Shown here: positions 47,601 to 59,600 of the stretch, in pieces
Layout: each line of letters begins with the position of its first letter
Position numbering within the stretch: position 1 is the stretch's first letter
From: an uncultured Gemmatimonadales bacterium
Lineage (GTDB): Bacteria; Gemmatimonadota; Gemmatimonadetes; Longimicrobiales; Longimicrobiaceae
DNA: 64,000 nt
Reading direction: 5' to 3'
NCBI GenBank assembly: GCA_963716255.1
Contig: OY970303.1
Location: 7,200,001-7,264,000 of the forward strand
Made by a program: the position numbers and the translations under genes
Notes under the pieces: generated by a model
The model's database searches: none
Told to the model about the DNA's origin: nothing
What the model saw: the letters and a program-made list of their open reading frames with translations, nothing else

Positions 47601-50600
47601 GCGGGTGGAGGTCGTGCCGGAGGAAAGCTTCCGCACGCTGCTGGGGCGGGCTCGCACGGCGGTGCTCCAGGCCTTTATGCGCCAGGATGTCCCGTTCGAG
47701 AGGCTGGTGGAGGAGGTGCATCCCGGGCGCGACCTGAGCCGGAACCCGCTCTTCCAGGTGATGCTGGCGCCGCAGAGCGAGTCGCTGGAGCCGGTGGAGG
47801 TCCCCGGAGCGACGCTGGTGCCCGAGCCGGTGGACGCGGGGACGGCGATCCTGGACCTGACGCTGTACACGTGGGAGCGGAGCGGGGGCGGGCTGTCGGC
47901 GGCGCTGGAGTACGCCGCCGACCTGTTCGAGGCGGGAACGATCGAGCGCATGGCCGCGCACCTGGTGGAGGTCCTGCGTGCGGTGGCCGCCGACCCGGAT
48001 CTCGCCGCGGCGGAGGTCCCGCTCCTCCTCCCGGCGGAGCGCGCGTGGCTGCTGGAGGAGTGGACCGCCACGGAGCGCGCCTACCCGGAGCGCTGCCTGC
48101 ACGAGCTGTTCGCGGAGCAGGCCGTCCGCACGCCGGAAGCCCCTGCTGTCCGCTTCGGCGGGCGCACGGTCACGTACGCCGAACTGGAGCGGAGCGCGAA
48201 CCGGCTGGCCTGGCACCTCCAGGCGCTCGGCGCCGGCCCCGAGGCGCGGGTGGGGCTGTGCATGGAGCGCACGCCGGAGATGGTGGCGGCGATGCTGGGC
48301 ATCCTCAAGGCGGGCGGCGCCTACGTGCCGCTGGATCCCGCCTACCCGGCCGACAGGCTGGCCTACATGCTGGCCGACGCGGGCGCCGACCTGGTGGTGT
48401 CGCAGGCGCAGCTTGCGGGGCGCCTCCCGGAGGGCGTCGCGCGGGTGCTGCCGGACGCGGAGGCGGAGCGCATCGCCGAGCAGCCGGACACGGCGCCCCC
48501 GGGCGAGGCGCGGCCGGAAAACCTGGCGTACGTGCTGTACACCTCGGGCTCCACGGGCCGCCCCAAGGGCGTGCAGGTGGAGCACCGCAGCGCCTCGCAG
48601 ATCGTGCACTTCCTGCGCGACGTCGTGCGCGCGGAGGACCGCGCCGCCGTGCTGGGATCGACCTCCGTCTCCTTCGACGTGTCCGTCGGCGAGATCTTCG
48701 GCACGATCTGCTGGGGCGGGACCCTGGTGCTGGTGGAGAGCGTCCTCGACCTGCCGCGCGTGGCGGACGAGGACGTGCGCCTGGTGGTGACCGTGCCCAG
48801 CGCGGCCGCCGAGCTGCTGCGCACGGGCGGCATCCCGGCGAGCGTGCGCGCCTTCAACCTGGCCGGCGAGGCGCTGCCCGCCTGGCTGGCGCGCGACCTG
48901 TACGCCCGCCCGGAGACGGAGCGGGTGCTGAACCTGTACGGTCCCACGGAGGACACCGTCTACTCCACCTGGAGCGTGGTGGAGCGCGGGGCGGAGCGGG
49001 TGCGCATCGGGCGCCCGGTGGCCAACTCGCGGGCCTACGTGCTGGACCCGGTGGGGAGCCCGGCGCCGGTCGGCATCGCCGGGGAGCTGTGCCTGGGCGG
49101 GGCGGGCACGGCGCGCGGCTACCACGGCCGCCCCGAGCTGACGGCGGAGCGGTTCGTCCCGGATTCCTTCGCCGCGGAGCCGGGCGCGCGGATGTACCGC
49201 ACCGGGGACCGGGCGCGCTGGCTGGCCGGGGGGGAGCTGGAGTACCTGGGCCGCATCGACCAGCAGGTCAAGGTGCGCGGCTTCCGGATCGAGCCGGGGG
49301 AGATCGAGGCGGTGCTGCGCGCGCACCCGGCCGTGGGCGAGGCGGTGGTGGCGGCGCGCGCGGAGGGGAGCGACGGCGTGCGCCTGGTGGCCTACCACCT
49401 CGCGGCGGAGGGGGCGGCGCGGCCGGAGGCGGCTGAGCTGCGCGCGTGGCTTCGCGAGCGGCTGCCGGAGTACATGGTGCCGTCGGCGTTCGTGGCGCTG
49501 GAGACGCTTCCGCTGACACCCAGCGGGAAGCTCGACCGCCGTGCTCTCCCCGAGCCTGCGGCCGAAGCGGCCGCCTCGCCGGAGTCCGCGGCGCCCTCCA
49601 CCCCCGCGGAGGAGATCCTGGCCGGGATCTGGAGCGCGGTGCTGGGGGTGGAGCCGGTGGGCTTGCACGACGACTTCTTCGCGCTGGGCGGGCACTCGCT
49701 GCTGGCCACCCGGGTGGCCTCGCGGGTGCGGCAGGCGTTCGGGATGGAGCTGCCGCTGCGCGCGCTGTTCGAGGCGCCCACCGTGGCGCGGCTGGCCGCA
49801 CGCATCGCGGCGCTGCGGAGCGAAGGCGCCGTGGCCGCGCCGCCGATCGGGCGGGCGTCGCGCGAGGCGGCGCTGCCGCTGTCGTTCGGGCAGCAGCGGC
49901 TGTGGGTGGTGGACCGGCTGGACCCGGGGAGCGCCGCGTACAACATGGCGGGCGCGCTGCGGCTGCGCGGCGCGCTGGACGCGGCTGCGCTGCGGGCCGG
50001 CCTGGGCGAGCTGGCGCGGAGGCACGAAACCCTGCGCACCACCTTCGCGGAGCGCGGCGGCGTCCCGGTGCAGGTGATTCACCCGGCCGCCCCGGTGCCG
50101 CTGCCCGTGCTCGACCTGCGGGCACTGCCGGCCGGGACGCGGGAGGCGGAGGCGGAGCGGCTGGCCGGCGCGGAGGCGCTTCGGCCCTTCGACCTGGCGC
50201 GCGGTCCGCTGCTGCGGTGCGCGCTTCTACGCCTGGCCGGCGACGACCACGTCCTCTGCCTCACCCTGCACCACGCGGTCGGCGACGGCTGGAGCGTGGA
50301 CGTGCTGGCGGGCGACCTGTCCGCGCTGTACGCCGCCTTCAGCCGGGGCGCGGAGCCGAGCCTCCCCGGGCTTCCCATCCAGTACGCCGACTTCGCCGTC
50401 TGGCAGCGCGAGTGGCTGCGCGGCGGCGTGCTGGAGGCGCAGACCGGCTACTGGCGAGCGCGCCTGGCGGGCGCGCCGCCGCTCCTGGAGCTGCCCACGG
50501 ACCGTCCACGCGCGGCCGGGCAGAGCCCGCGCGCGCGGAGCCACCGCTTCACGGTCCCCGCCGGGGTGTCGCTGGGGCTGCGCCAGCTCGCCCGGCAGGA

Positions 50601-53600
50601 GGGGGCGACGCTGTTCATGACGCTGCTGGCCGCCTGGCAGACGCTCCTGGGCCGCTACGCGGGGCAGGACGACGTGGTGGTGGGGAGCCCCGTGGCTGGA
50701 CGCACCCGGGTGGAGACGGAGGGGCTGATCGGCTTCTTCGTCAACGTCCTGGCTCTGCGAGCCGACCTGTCCGGCGACGCCACCTGGCGGGAGCTGCTGG
50801 GGCGGACCCGCGAGACGGCGCTGGGGGCGTACGCCCACCAGGACCTTCCCTTCGAGCGCCTGGTGGACGAGCTGGAGGTGGAGCGCAGCCTCGTCCACAC
50901 GCCGCTCTTCCAGGTGGTCTTCGCCCTGCAGAGGCCCGGCGGGCTCGCCGGGCGGCTGTCGCTGGACGGGGTGGAGCCGGAGCCGTTCGGGGGGGAGGCC
51001 GGCGTGGTGAGGTTCGACATGAGCCTGACCGTGGACGACGACGCGGAGGCGCTGGCCGGGACGCTGCTGTACCGGGCGGCGCTGTTCGACGCGGAAACGG
51101 CCGCGCGCATGACGGCGCACCTGGCGACTCTGCTGGAGGCCATGGCCGCCGACCCGGGCGCGCGCCTCCGGGAGGTGCCGCTGCTGCGCGGCGCGGAGCG
51201 GGAGCAGGTGCTGGAGGCGTGGAACGCCACGGCGGCGGACCGTCCCCGGGCGTGCCTGCACACGCTGTTCGCGGAGCAGGCGGCGCGCACCCCGGACGCT
51301 CCCGCGGTGGTCTTCGGCGAGGACGCGCTCACCTACGCCGGGCTGGAGCGCCGGGCCAACCAGCTCGCCCACGCGCTGCGCCGCAGGGGCGTGGAGCCCG
51401 AGGTGAGGGTGGGGCTGTGCCTGGAGCGCGGGGTCGACCAGGTGGTGGCGGTGCTTGCGGCCTGGAAGGCCGGCGGCGCCTACGTGCCGCTCGACCCCGC
51501 TGTGCCGGCGCGGCGGCAGGAGGCGCTGCTGGCGGCCTCGAGGGCCCCGGTGCTGGTGACGCAGGCGCACCTCGCCGGGCGCTTCGGCGCCTACGCGGGC
51601 GCCGTGCTGCGCCTGGACGCCGACCGGGGCGAGATCGAGCGCGAGAGCGCGGCCGCGCCCGAGAGCGGCGCCGTCCCGTCCAACCTGGCGTACGTCATCT
51701 ACACCTCCGGCTCCACCGGCACGCCCAGGGGCGTGCTGGTGCAGCACGCCTCGGTGGTGAACCTGGCGGCGGCGCTCGGCGAGGCCGTGTACTCCCGGCG
51801 CGGCGGCGGCGCGGCCCCCCGGGTGAGCGTCAACGGTCCCCTGACCTTCGACACCTCCGTGAAGCAGCTGGTGCAGCTGCTGGGTGGGGCGACGCTGTGC
51901 ATCGTCCCCGAGGAGGTGCGCCTGGACGCGCGGCAGCTGGGAGCCTACCTGAGGCGGCACGCGGTGGAGGTGCTCGACTGCACGCCCGCGCAGCTGCGGC
52001 AGCTCCTCGCCGACGGGCTGCTGGACGAGGCGGGACCCGCGCTCACGGACCTGCTGGTGGCGGGCGAGGCGATGGACGCGGGGCTGTGGGAGGCGCTGGG
52101 CGCGATGCCCGGCCGGCGGGCGTGGAACCTGTACGGGCCCACCGAGTGCACGGTGGACGCCTCGCTGCGCCGGGTGGCCGGGGCCCGGCCGACGATCGGG
52201 CGCGCGGTGGCCAACGCGCGCCTGTACGTGCTGGACGCGGACGGGGAGCCGGTCCCGGCGGGCGTGGTGGGCGAGCTGTACGTGGGCGGAGCCGGCGTGG
52301 CGCGGGGATACCAGGGGCACCCCGACCTGACCGCCGAGCGCTTCTTGCCGGACGCGTTCGGCGCCCGGCCGGGGGGGCGCCTGTACCGCACGGGCGACCG
52401 GGTGCGGTGGACCGGGGCCGGCGAGCTGGAGTACGTGGGGCGGACCGACCACCAGGTGAAGGTGCGCGGGTTCCGCGTCGAGCCGGGCGAGATCGAGGCG
52501 GTGCTGGCCGGGCTGCCGGGGGTGCGCGAGGCGGTGGTCGTCGTGCGGGAGGATCCCGCCTTCGGCATGCCCGGGCAGAAGCGGCTGGTGGCCTACGTGG
52601 TCTCCGAGCCCGGGGCCGCGGTGTCGGGCGCGGAGCTGCGGGAGCAGCTGTCCGCCCGGCTCCCCGAGCACATGGTGCCCGGCGCCTTCGTGGCGCTGGC
52701 GAGCATTCCGCTCACCCCCAACGGCAAGACCGACCGCGCGGCTCTCCCCGCCCCGGAGCGCACCCACGGGGGCGACGCCCACGTGGCGCCGCGGACGGAA
52801 GCGGAGCGGGTGCTGTGCGAGGTGTGGGCCGGGCTGCTCGGCGTGGAGCGGGTGGGGGTGGAGGACAACTTCTTCGAGCTGGGCGGCGACAGCATCCTCG
52901 CCATCCAGGTGGTTTCCCGCGCGCGGCAGCGCGGGCTGCGCCTCGCCCCGCGGCAGCTCTTCGAGCATCCCACCGTCGCGCGCCTGGCCGGGGTGGCCGA
53001 GGCGGCTGCCGCCGGGGACGTGGCCGCGCCGCAGGGCGCCGTCACGGGCGAGGTCCCGCTGACGCCCATCCAGCGGCGCTTCTTCGCGCAGGAGCACCCG
53101 GCGCGCCACCATTACAACCAGGCCCTGCTGCTCGCCCCGCGCGAGACGCTGGACCCCGCGCTGCTGGCGCGGGCCGCGGGCGCGCTGGAGGCGCACCACG
53201 ACGCGCTGCGCCTGCGCTTCCGCCGCGAGGCCGACGGCAGGTGGACGCAGTCGCACGCGGACGCGGCCCGGCATCTCCCGCTCGCGGTGCTCGACCTGTC
53301 CGGCGTGCCGGAGAAGGCGTGGCGGAGCGCGCTGGAGGCCGCCGCGGAGCAGGTGCAGCGGAGCCTGGAGCTGTCGCGCGGGCCGCTGCTGCGCGCGGCG
53401 CTCTTCGAGCGTGGGGCCGGTGAGCCGCAGCGGCTCCTGCTGGTGGTGCACCACCTGGTGGTGGACGGTGTCAGTTGGCGGGTGCTGCTGGAAGACCTGG
53501 AGAGCGCGTACGCCCAGCTGGCGCGGGGCGAGTCGGTGAAGCTGCCGGCGAAGACGACCTCGTGGAAGGCGTGGGCGGAGCTCCTGGCGGAGCACGCCGG

Positions 53601-56600
53601 GTCGCAAGCTCTGGCGGACGAGGCGGCGTACTGGGCCGGGGAGGCGGAGAAGGCGACGGCGCCGCTTCCCCTCGACGATCCCACGGGGGAGGACACCGTG
53701 GCGCGGTCGGGCAGCGTTGCGGTGAGCCTGAGCGCGGAGGAGACCGGGGCGCTGCTGCGCGAGGTTCCGCAGGCGTACCGGACGCAGGTGGACGACGTGC
53801 TCCTGGCGGCGCTGGCCGCGGCGCTCGGCCGGTGGACGGGCGAGGCGCGGGTGCGAATCGACCTGGAAGGGCACGGCCGCGAGGAGGATGCGGTGGGCGG
53901 CGTCGACCTGTCGCGCACGGTGGGGTGGTTCACCACCCTCTACCCGGTGGTGCTGGAGCTTCCTCGCGGCGGAGGGCCGGGCGCGGCGCTGAAGGCGGTC
54001 AAGGAGCAGCTGCGCGCGGTGCCGCGGCGGGGGATCGGCTACGGGCTGCTGCGCTACGCCGGCGCCGGCGGGGCGGGGGCGGAGCTGGCCCGCGCGCCCC
54101 GGGCGGAGGTCGCCTTCAACTACCTGGGGCAGCTCGACGCGGCCGTTTCCGGGGAATCGTTCTTCGCCCTCGCGGAGGAGCCGGCCGGGGCCACCGCGGA
54201 CGGGCGGACGCCGCGCGCGCACCGGGTGCTGGTGACGGGAGCGGTGCGCGAGGGGCGGCTGGAGGTGGAGCTGGGCTACGCCGGGGGAGTGCACCGCCGC
54301 GAGACCATCGAACGCCTTGCCGGGTGGTTCGCCGCGGAGCTGCGGGAGCTGATCGCGCACTGCCGCGGCGCGGAGGCGGGCGGCTACACGCCGGGCGACT
54401 TCCCGCTCGCCGCGCTGGACCAGGCGGCGCTGGACGCGCTGCTGGGGAGCGAGCGCGGGGTGGAGGATGTGTACCCGCTCACGCCCATGCAGGAGGGGAT
54501 GCTCTTCCACACGCTGGACGAGCAGGGGCAGGGCACGTACGTGGGGCAGATGGTGCTGACGCTCCGCGGAGCGCCCGAGGCGCCGGTCTTCCTGCGCGCC
54601 TGGCAGGCGGCGATGCAGCGGCACCCCGCGCTGCGGACGCGCTTCGCCTGGGACGGGCTGGAGCGCCCGCTGCAGGTGGTGGCGGGCCGCGCCGCGCCCG
54701 CGCTGGTGCAGCGCGACTGGCGGGACCGCGACGAGGCCCGGCAGCGCGCCGGGCTGGAGGCGTACCTGGAGGAGGACCGGCGCGGGGGCGTGGACGTGAG
54801 GCGCGCGCCGCTGATGCGGCTGGCGCTCTTCCGCACGGGCGACGACCGCTGGGAGCTGGTGTGGACGCACCACCACCTGGTGCTCGACGGCTGGAGCCTG
54901 CCGCTCTTCTTCCGGGACGTGCTGGACCTGTACGAAGGATACGCGCAGGGGCGGCAGGTGCAGCTGGCGGGCGCGCACCCGCACCGCGACTACGTGGCGT
55001 GGCTGGCGGGTCAGGACGTCGCCCGGGCCGAACAGGCGTGGCGCGAGGCGCTGGCGGGCTTCGCCGCGCCCACGCCGCTGCCGCTGGACGGCGCGGCCCC
55101 CCGGCCGGGGGACGCGGCGGCCGGGCCGGGCGGACACGGGGAAGCCAGGCTGCGGCTGGACGCGGAGCGGACGGCTCGCCTGCAGGCCTTCGCGCGGGCG
55201 GAGGGGCTGACGCTGAACACGCTGCTCCAGGGGGCGTGGGGGATGCTGCTGGCGCGCCGGTCGGGGGAGGCGGACGTGGTCTTCGGGGCCACGGTCTCGG
55301 GGCGTCCGCCGCGGCTCGCCGGCGCGGAGGAGATGGTGGGGCTGTTCATCAACACGCTTCCGGTGCGCGTGCGGGTGCGGCCGGAGGCGCCGGTGGGCGA
55401 GTGGCTGCGGGAGATCCAGGGGCGGCAGGCGGCGCTGCGGGAGCACGAGCACACGCCGCTGGTGCAGCTGCGGAAGTGGAGCGAGGTCCCGGCGGGGAAG
55501 CCGCTCTTCGAGAGCGCGTTCTCGTTCTCCAACTACCCCGTCGACGCGGCGCTGACGCAGCGGGACGTGGGCTTCCGCGTGGAGTCGGCGCGGGTGATCG
55601 AGCGCGACGACATCCCGCTGTTCCTGTCGGCCGCGGTGCAGGGCGACGGCGTGGACGTCCAGCTCGTCCACCAGTTCTTGCGCGTCGCCCCGGCGGCGGC
55701 CGGGCGGCTGCTGGAGGAGCTCGGGGTGCTGCTGGACCAGCTCGCCACGGACCCGCGTCTGCCGCTGGAGCGGGTGACCGGTCTGACCGCCGACGAGCGG
55801 CTGCGGCTGCTGGCCACAGGGCGCGGCCCCGCCGCGGAGTACCCGCGCGATCGGTCCGTGCACGAGCTGATCTCGCTGCGCGCCGCTGCCACGCCGGACG
55901 CGCCCGCCGTGCTGGCCGGCGGCGTCCGCCTGGGCTTCGCCGAGCTGGAGGCGCGCGCCGACGTCGTAGCGGCTCGGCTGAGGTCGCTGGGGGTGGGGCC
56001 GGAGGTGCGGGTCGCGATCCTGCTCGACCGGTCCGCGGAGCTTGCCGTCGCGATCCTGGGCACGCTCCGGGCCGGCGGCGCCTACGTGCCGCTGGACCCG
56101 GCGTATCCCGCCGAGCGCCTGGCCTACCTGCTCACCGACAGCGGCGCCCGGGTGGTCGTCACGCGGACGAGCCTCGCCGCCACGATGCCCTCCACCTCGG
56201 CGCACACGCTCCTCGTAGATGCCGACGAGTCCGGGTCCGCGCCCCTCCCCGTGGAGAGCGTCGTCGATCCCGAGAACGCGGCGTACGTCATCTACACCTC
56301 GGGCTCCACGGGCGCGCCCAAGGGCGTGATGGTCTCGCACCGCTCGCTGGTCTGCTACGCCGAGGCTGCGCGCGCGGAGCTGGGGCTGGGCGCGGGCGAC
56401 CGCTTCCTCCAGTTCGCCTCGCCCAGCTTCGACGTCATGGTGGAGGAGATCTTCCCCGCCTGGCTCGCCGGGGCGGCGGTGGTGTTCCCCGGGCAGGACC
56501 TGCTGGAATCTCCCGGGGCGCTGCTGGAGATCGTGGAGGCGCAGGGTGTCACCGGCTTCGAGCTGCCCACGGCGTTCTGGCACGAGTGGGTGCGGATGCT

Positions 56601-59600
56601 GGCGGAGGAGGGCCGGCGCCTGCCGGCGTCGCTGCGCTTCGTGATCGTGGGCGGCGAGCGCGTGCACCCGGAGCGCCTTGCGGAGTGGGCGCGGCTGGAG
56701 GTCCCGCTGGTGCACGTGTTCGGGCTGACGGAGACCACGGTCAGCTCGGCCATGCTGCGCCTGGAGGCGGGCGACGACGGGTCGCGGTGGAGCAATCTCC
56801 CTGTGGGGCGGCCGCTGGCCAACGCCGCGCTGTACGTGCTGGACGCCGCGATGCAGCCGGCGCCGGAGGGTGCGCCCGGCGAGCTGTACCTGGGCGGCGA
56901 CACGGTGGCGCGCGGCTATTCGGGCCGGCCGGCGCTGACGGCCGAGCGCTTCGTGCCCGACCCGTTCGGCGGCTCGGGGGGGCGGCTGTACCGCACGGGG
57001 GACCGCGTGCGCTGGCTGGCCGAGGGCGGGCTGGAGTTCCTGGGGCGGATCGACCAGCAGCTGAAGATCCGCGGTTTCCGCATCGAGCCGGGGGAGATCG
57101 AGGCGGCACTGGCCGAGCACCCGGCCGTGCGGGAGGCGGTGGTGGTGGCGCGCGAGGAAGCGCCGGGCCGGAAGCAGCTGGTGGCGTACGTCGTCCCCGC
57201 CGCCGGCTACGCCGCCGGGCCCGCCGGGTTGCACCGGGCCCCCGTGGAGTTTTGGCCCTCGCACGGCGAGGCCGGCTTCTACGACGACCTCCTCTACAAG
57301 GCGATGGCCGACGACCGGCGCCGGAACCAGGCCTACCTGGAGGCGCTGCGCTCCGTCGCGCCCGGGAAGGTGGTGGTGGACGTGGGCACCGGCGCCGAGG
57401 CTGTGCTGGCGCGCCTGGCCGTACAGGCGGGCGCGCGGAAGGTGTACGCCGTGGAGACCAAGGAGGAGTCGTACCGGCGGGCCCGGGAGCTGATCGCGCG
57501 GCTGGGGCTGGAGGACCGGATCGAGCTGGTCCGGGGGAACGCGGTGGACGTCGACCTTCCCGAGCCGGCCGACGTGTGCGTCTCCGAGCTGATCGGCTGC
57601 ATCGGCGGGTTGGAGGGCGCGGTGGCCATCCTGAACACGGCATGGCGATGGCTGAAGCCGGACGCCGTGCAGGTGCCGCGGCGCTGCGTGACCCGGATTG
57701 CCGCCGTGGAGCTTCCGGAGGAGGTGCACCGCGCGCCCGCCCTGGGGGAGATGGCCGCCCACTACGCCGAAAAGATTTTCGAGGCGCAGGGACACCGCCA
57801 GGACGTGAAGCTCTGCGTGCGCAACGTCGCGCGCGAACACCTGCTCTCCGGCGACGACCTCTTCGAGGACCTGACCTTCACGGGTCCCATGGAGCCGGAG
57901 TACGGCGGCCCCATCGAGCTGCGGATCACGCGCGACGGGCGGCTGGACGGCTTCCTCCTCTGGATCCAGCTGTGGATGGGAGAGACACTGGGCGTTGACT
58001 CGCTGGAGCACGATTGCAGCTGGCTGCCGATGATCTTCCCGGCCTTCTACCCGGGCGTGTCGGTGCGCGAGGGCGACGTGCTGCGGGCGGAGGTCAGCGT
58101 CCGGCTGGCGGAGAACCGGGTCAACCCCGAGTACCACATCCGGGGCGTGCTGCGGCGCGCCGCGGGCGGCGAGGAGCCCTTCGACTACGAGTCGCGCTGG
58201 CGCACGCCGCCGGAGGAGCCCAATGAGCTCCACCGCCGCCTGTTCCTGGGGCCGGAGATCCCCATCCGCCACCCGGACGACGACCCGTCGGCGCAGGTGT
58301 CGGCGGCCGAGCTGCGGGCGCACCTGGCGGGGCGGCTCCCCGAGTACATGGTGCCGGGCGCCTTCGTGACGCTGGAGCGGCTTCCGCTCACCCCCAACGG
58401 CAAGGTTGACCGGCGCTCCCTCGTCCAGCGCGAGGCGTCGGGGCCGGCTGCCGCGGCGAGCTACGCGGCGCCGGAGAGCGAGGTGGAGCGGACGCTGTGC
58501 GCGATCCTGGCGGAGGCGCTGCGCGTGGAGCGGGTGGGGGTACACGACAACTTCTTCGAGCTGGGCGGCGACAGCATCGTGGCCATCCAGATCGTCTCCC
58601 GTGCGCGGCGTGCGGGGCTGTGGCTGCGCCCGCGGCAGCTCTTCCAGCACCCGACGGTGGCGCGGCTCGCGCCGGAGGTGAGCGCTGCTGAGAGCGCCGG
58701 GGTGCAGACGGATCAGGGGGCGGTCACGGGCGAGGTGGAGCTGACGCCGGTGCAGCGGTGGTTCTTCGCGGAGGAGATCCCCGAGCGAGACCGCTGGAAC
58801 ATGCCGCTGCTGCTGGAGCTGCGCCGCCCGCTGGAGGCGGCGCGGCTGGAGGCATCGCTGGAGCGGGTGGTGGCCCATCACGACGCGCTGCGCTTCCGCT
58901 ACGCGCGCGCCGCGGACGGCGCGTGGGTGCAGACGTGCGCGCTGCTGGACGCGCCGGTCGCCCTGGAGCAGGTGGACCTCTCCTGGGTGCCGGCGGAGGA
59001 GCTGAAGGAGCGGATGCGGCGTCGTTCGGCGGCGGCGCAGGCGAGCCTGGACCTGGAGCACGGGCCGCTGCTGCGGGCCGTGCTGCTGGAGCCCGGCGGG
59101 GGCAGGGCTTCGCGGCTGCTGCTGGTGGTTCATCACCTGGTGGTGGACGGTGTCTCCTGGCGCATCCTGCTGGAGGACCTGCAGACGGCCGTCGAGATGC
59201 TGTCGCGGGGCGAAGCCGTAACCCTGCCGGCGAAGACGACCTCGTTCCAGCGGTGGGCGCAGCGGCTGGCGGAGCACACGGCGCGCGGCGGCTTCGACGC
59301 GGAGCTGGAGTTCTGGCTGGACGAGCCGCGGCGGATGCTGCGCCCCCTGCCGGTGGACTCGCCCGGGGGGCGGTCCCACAACACCGTCGGCGGGTCGCGC
59401 ACCGTCTCCGTCTCGCTGGACATGGACGAAACGCGGGCGCTGCTGACGGAGGCGCCGGCCGCGTACCGGACGCAGGTGGGCGACGTGCTGCTGTGCGCGC
59501 TGGCGCGCGCCTTCGCGGGGTGGACGGGGGAAACGCGGCTGCTGGTGGAGCTGGAGGGGCACGGCCGCGAGGAGCTGTTCGAGGACGTGGACCTGTCGCG

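Noticed and set aside
51700..51735. A2 P-loop TPRG instead of xPKG as inactivating
   Set aside because: A single conservative change with other cores intact; not enough to call loss of function.
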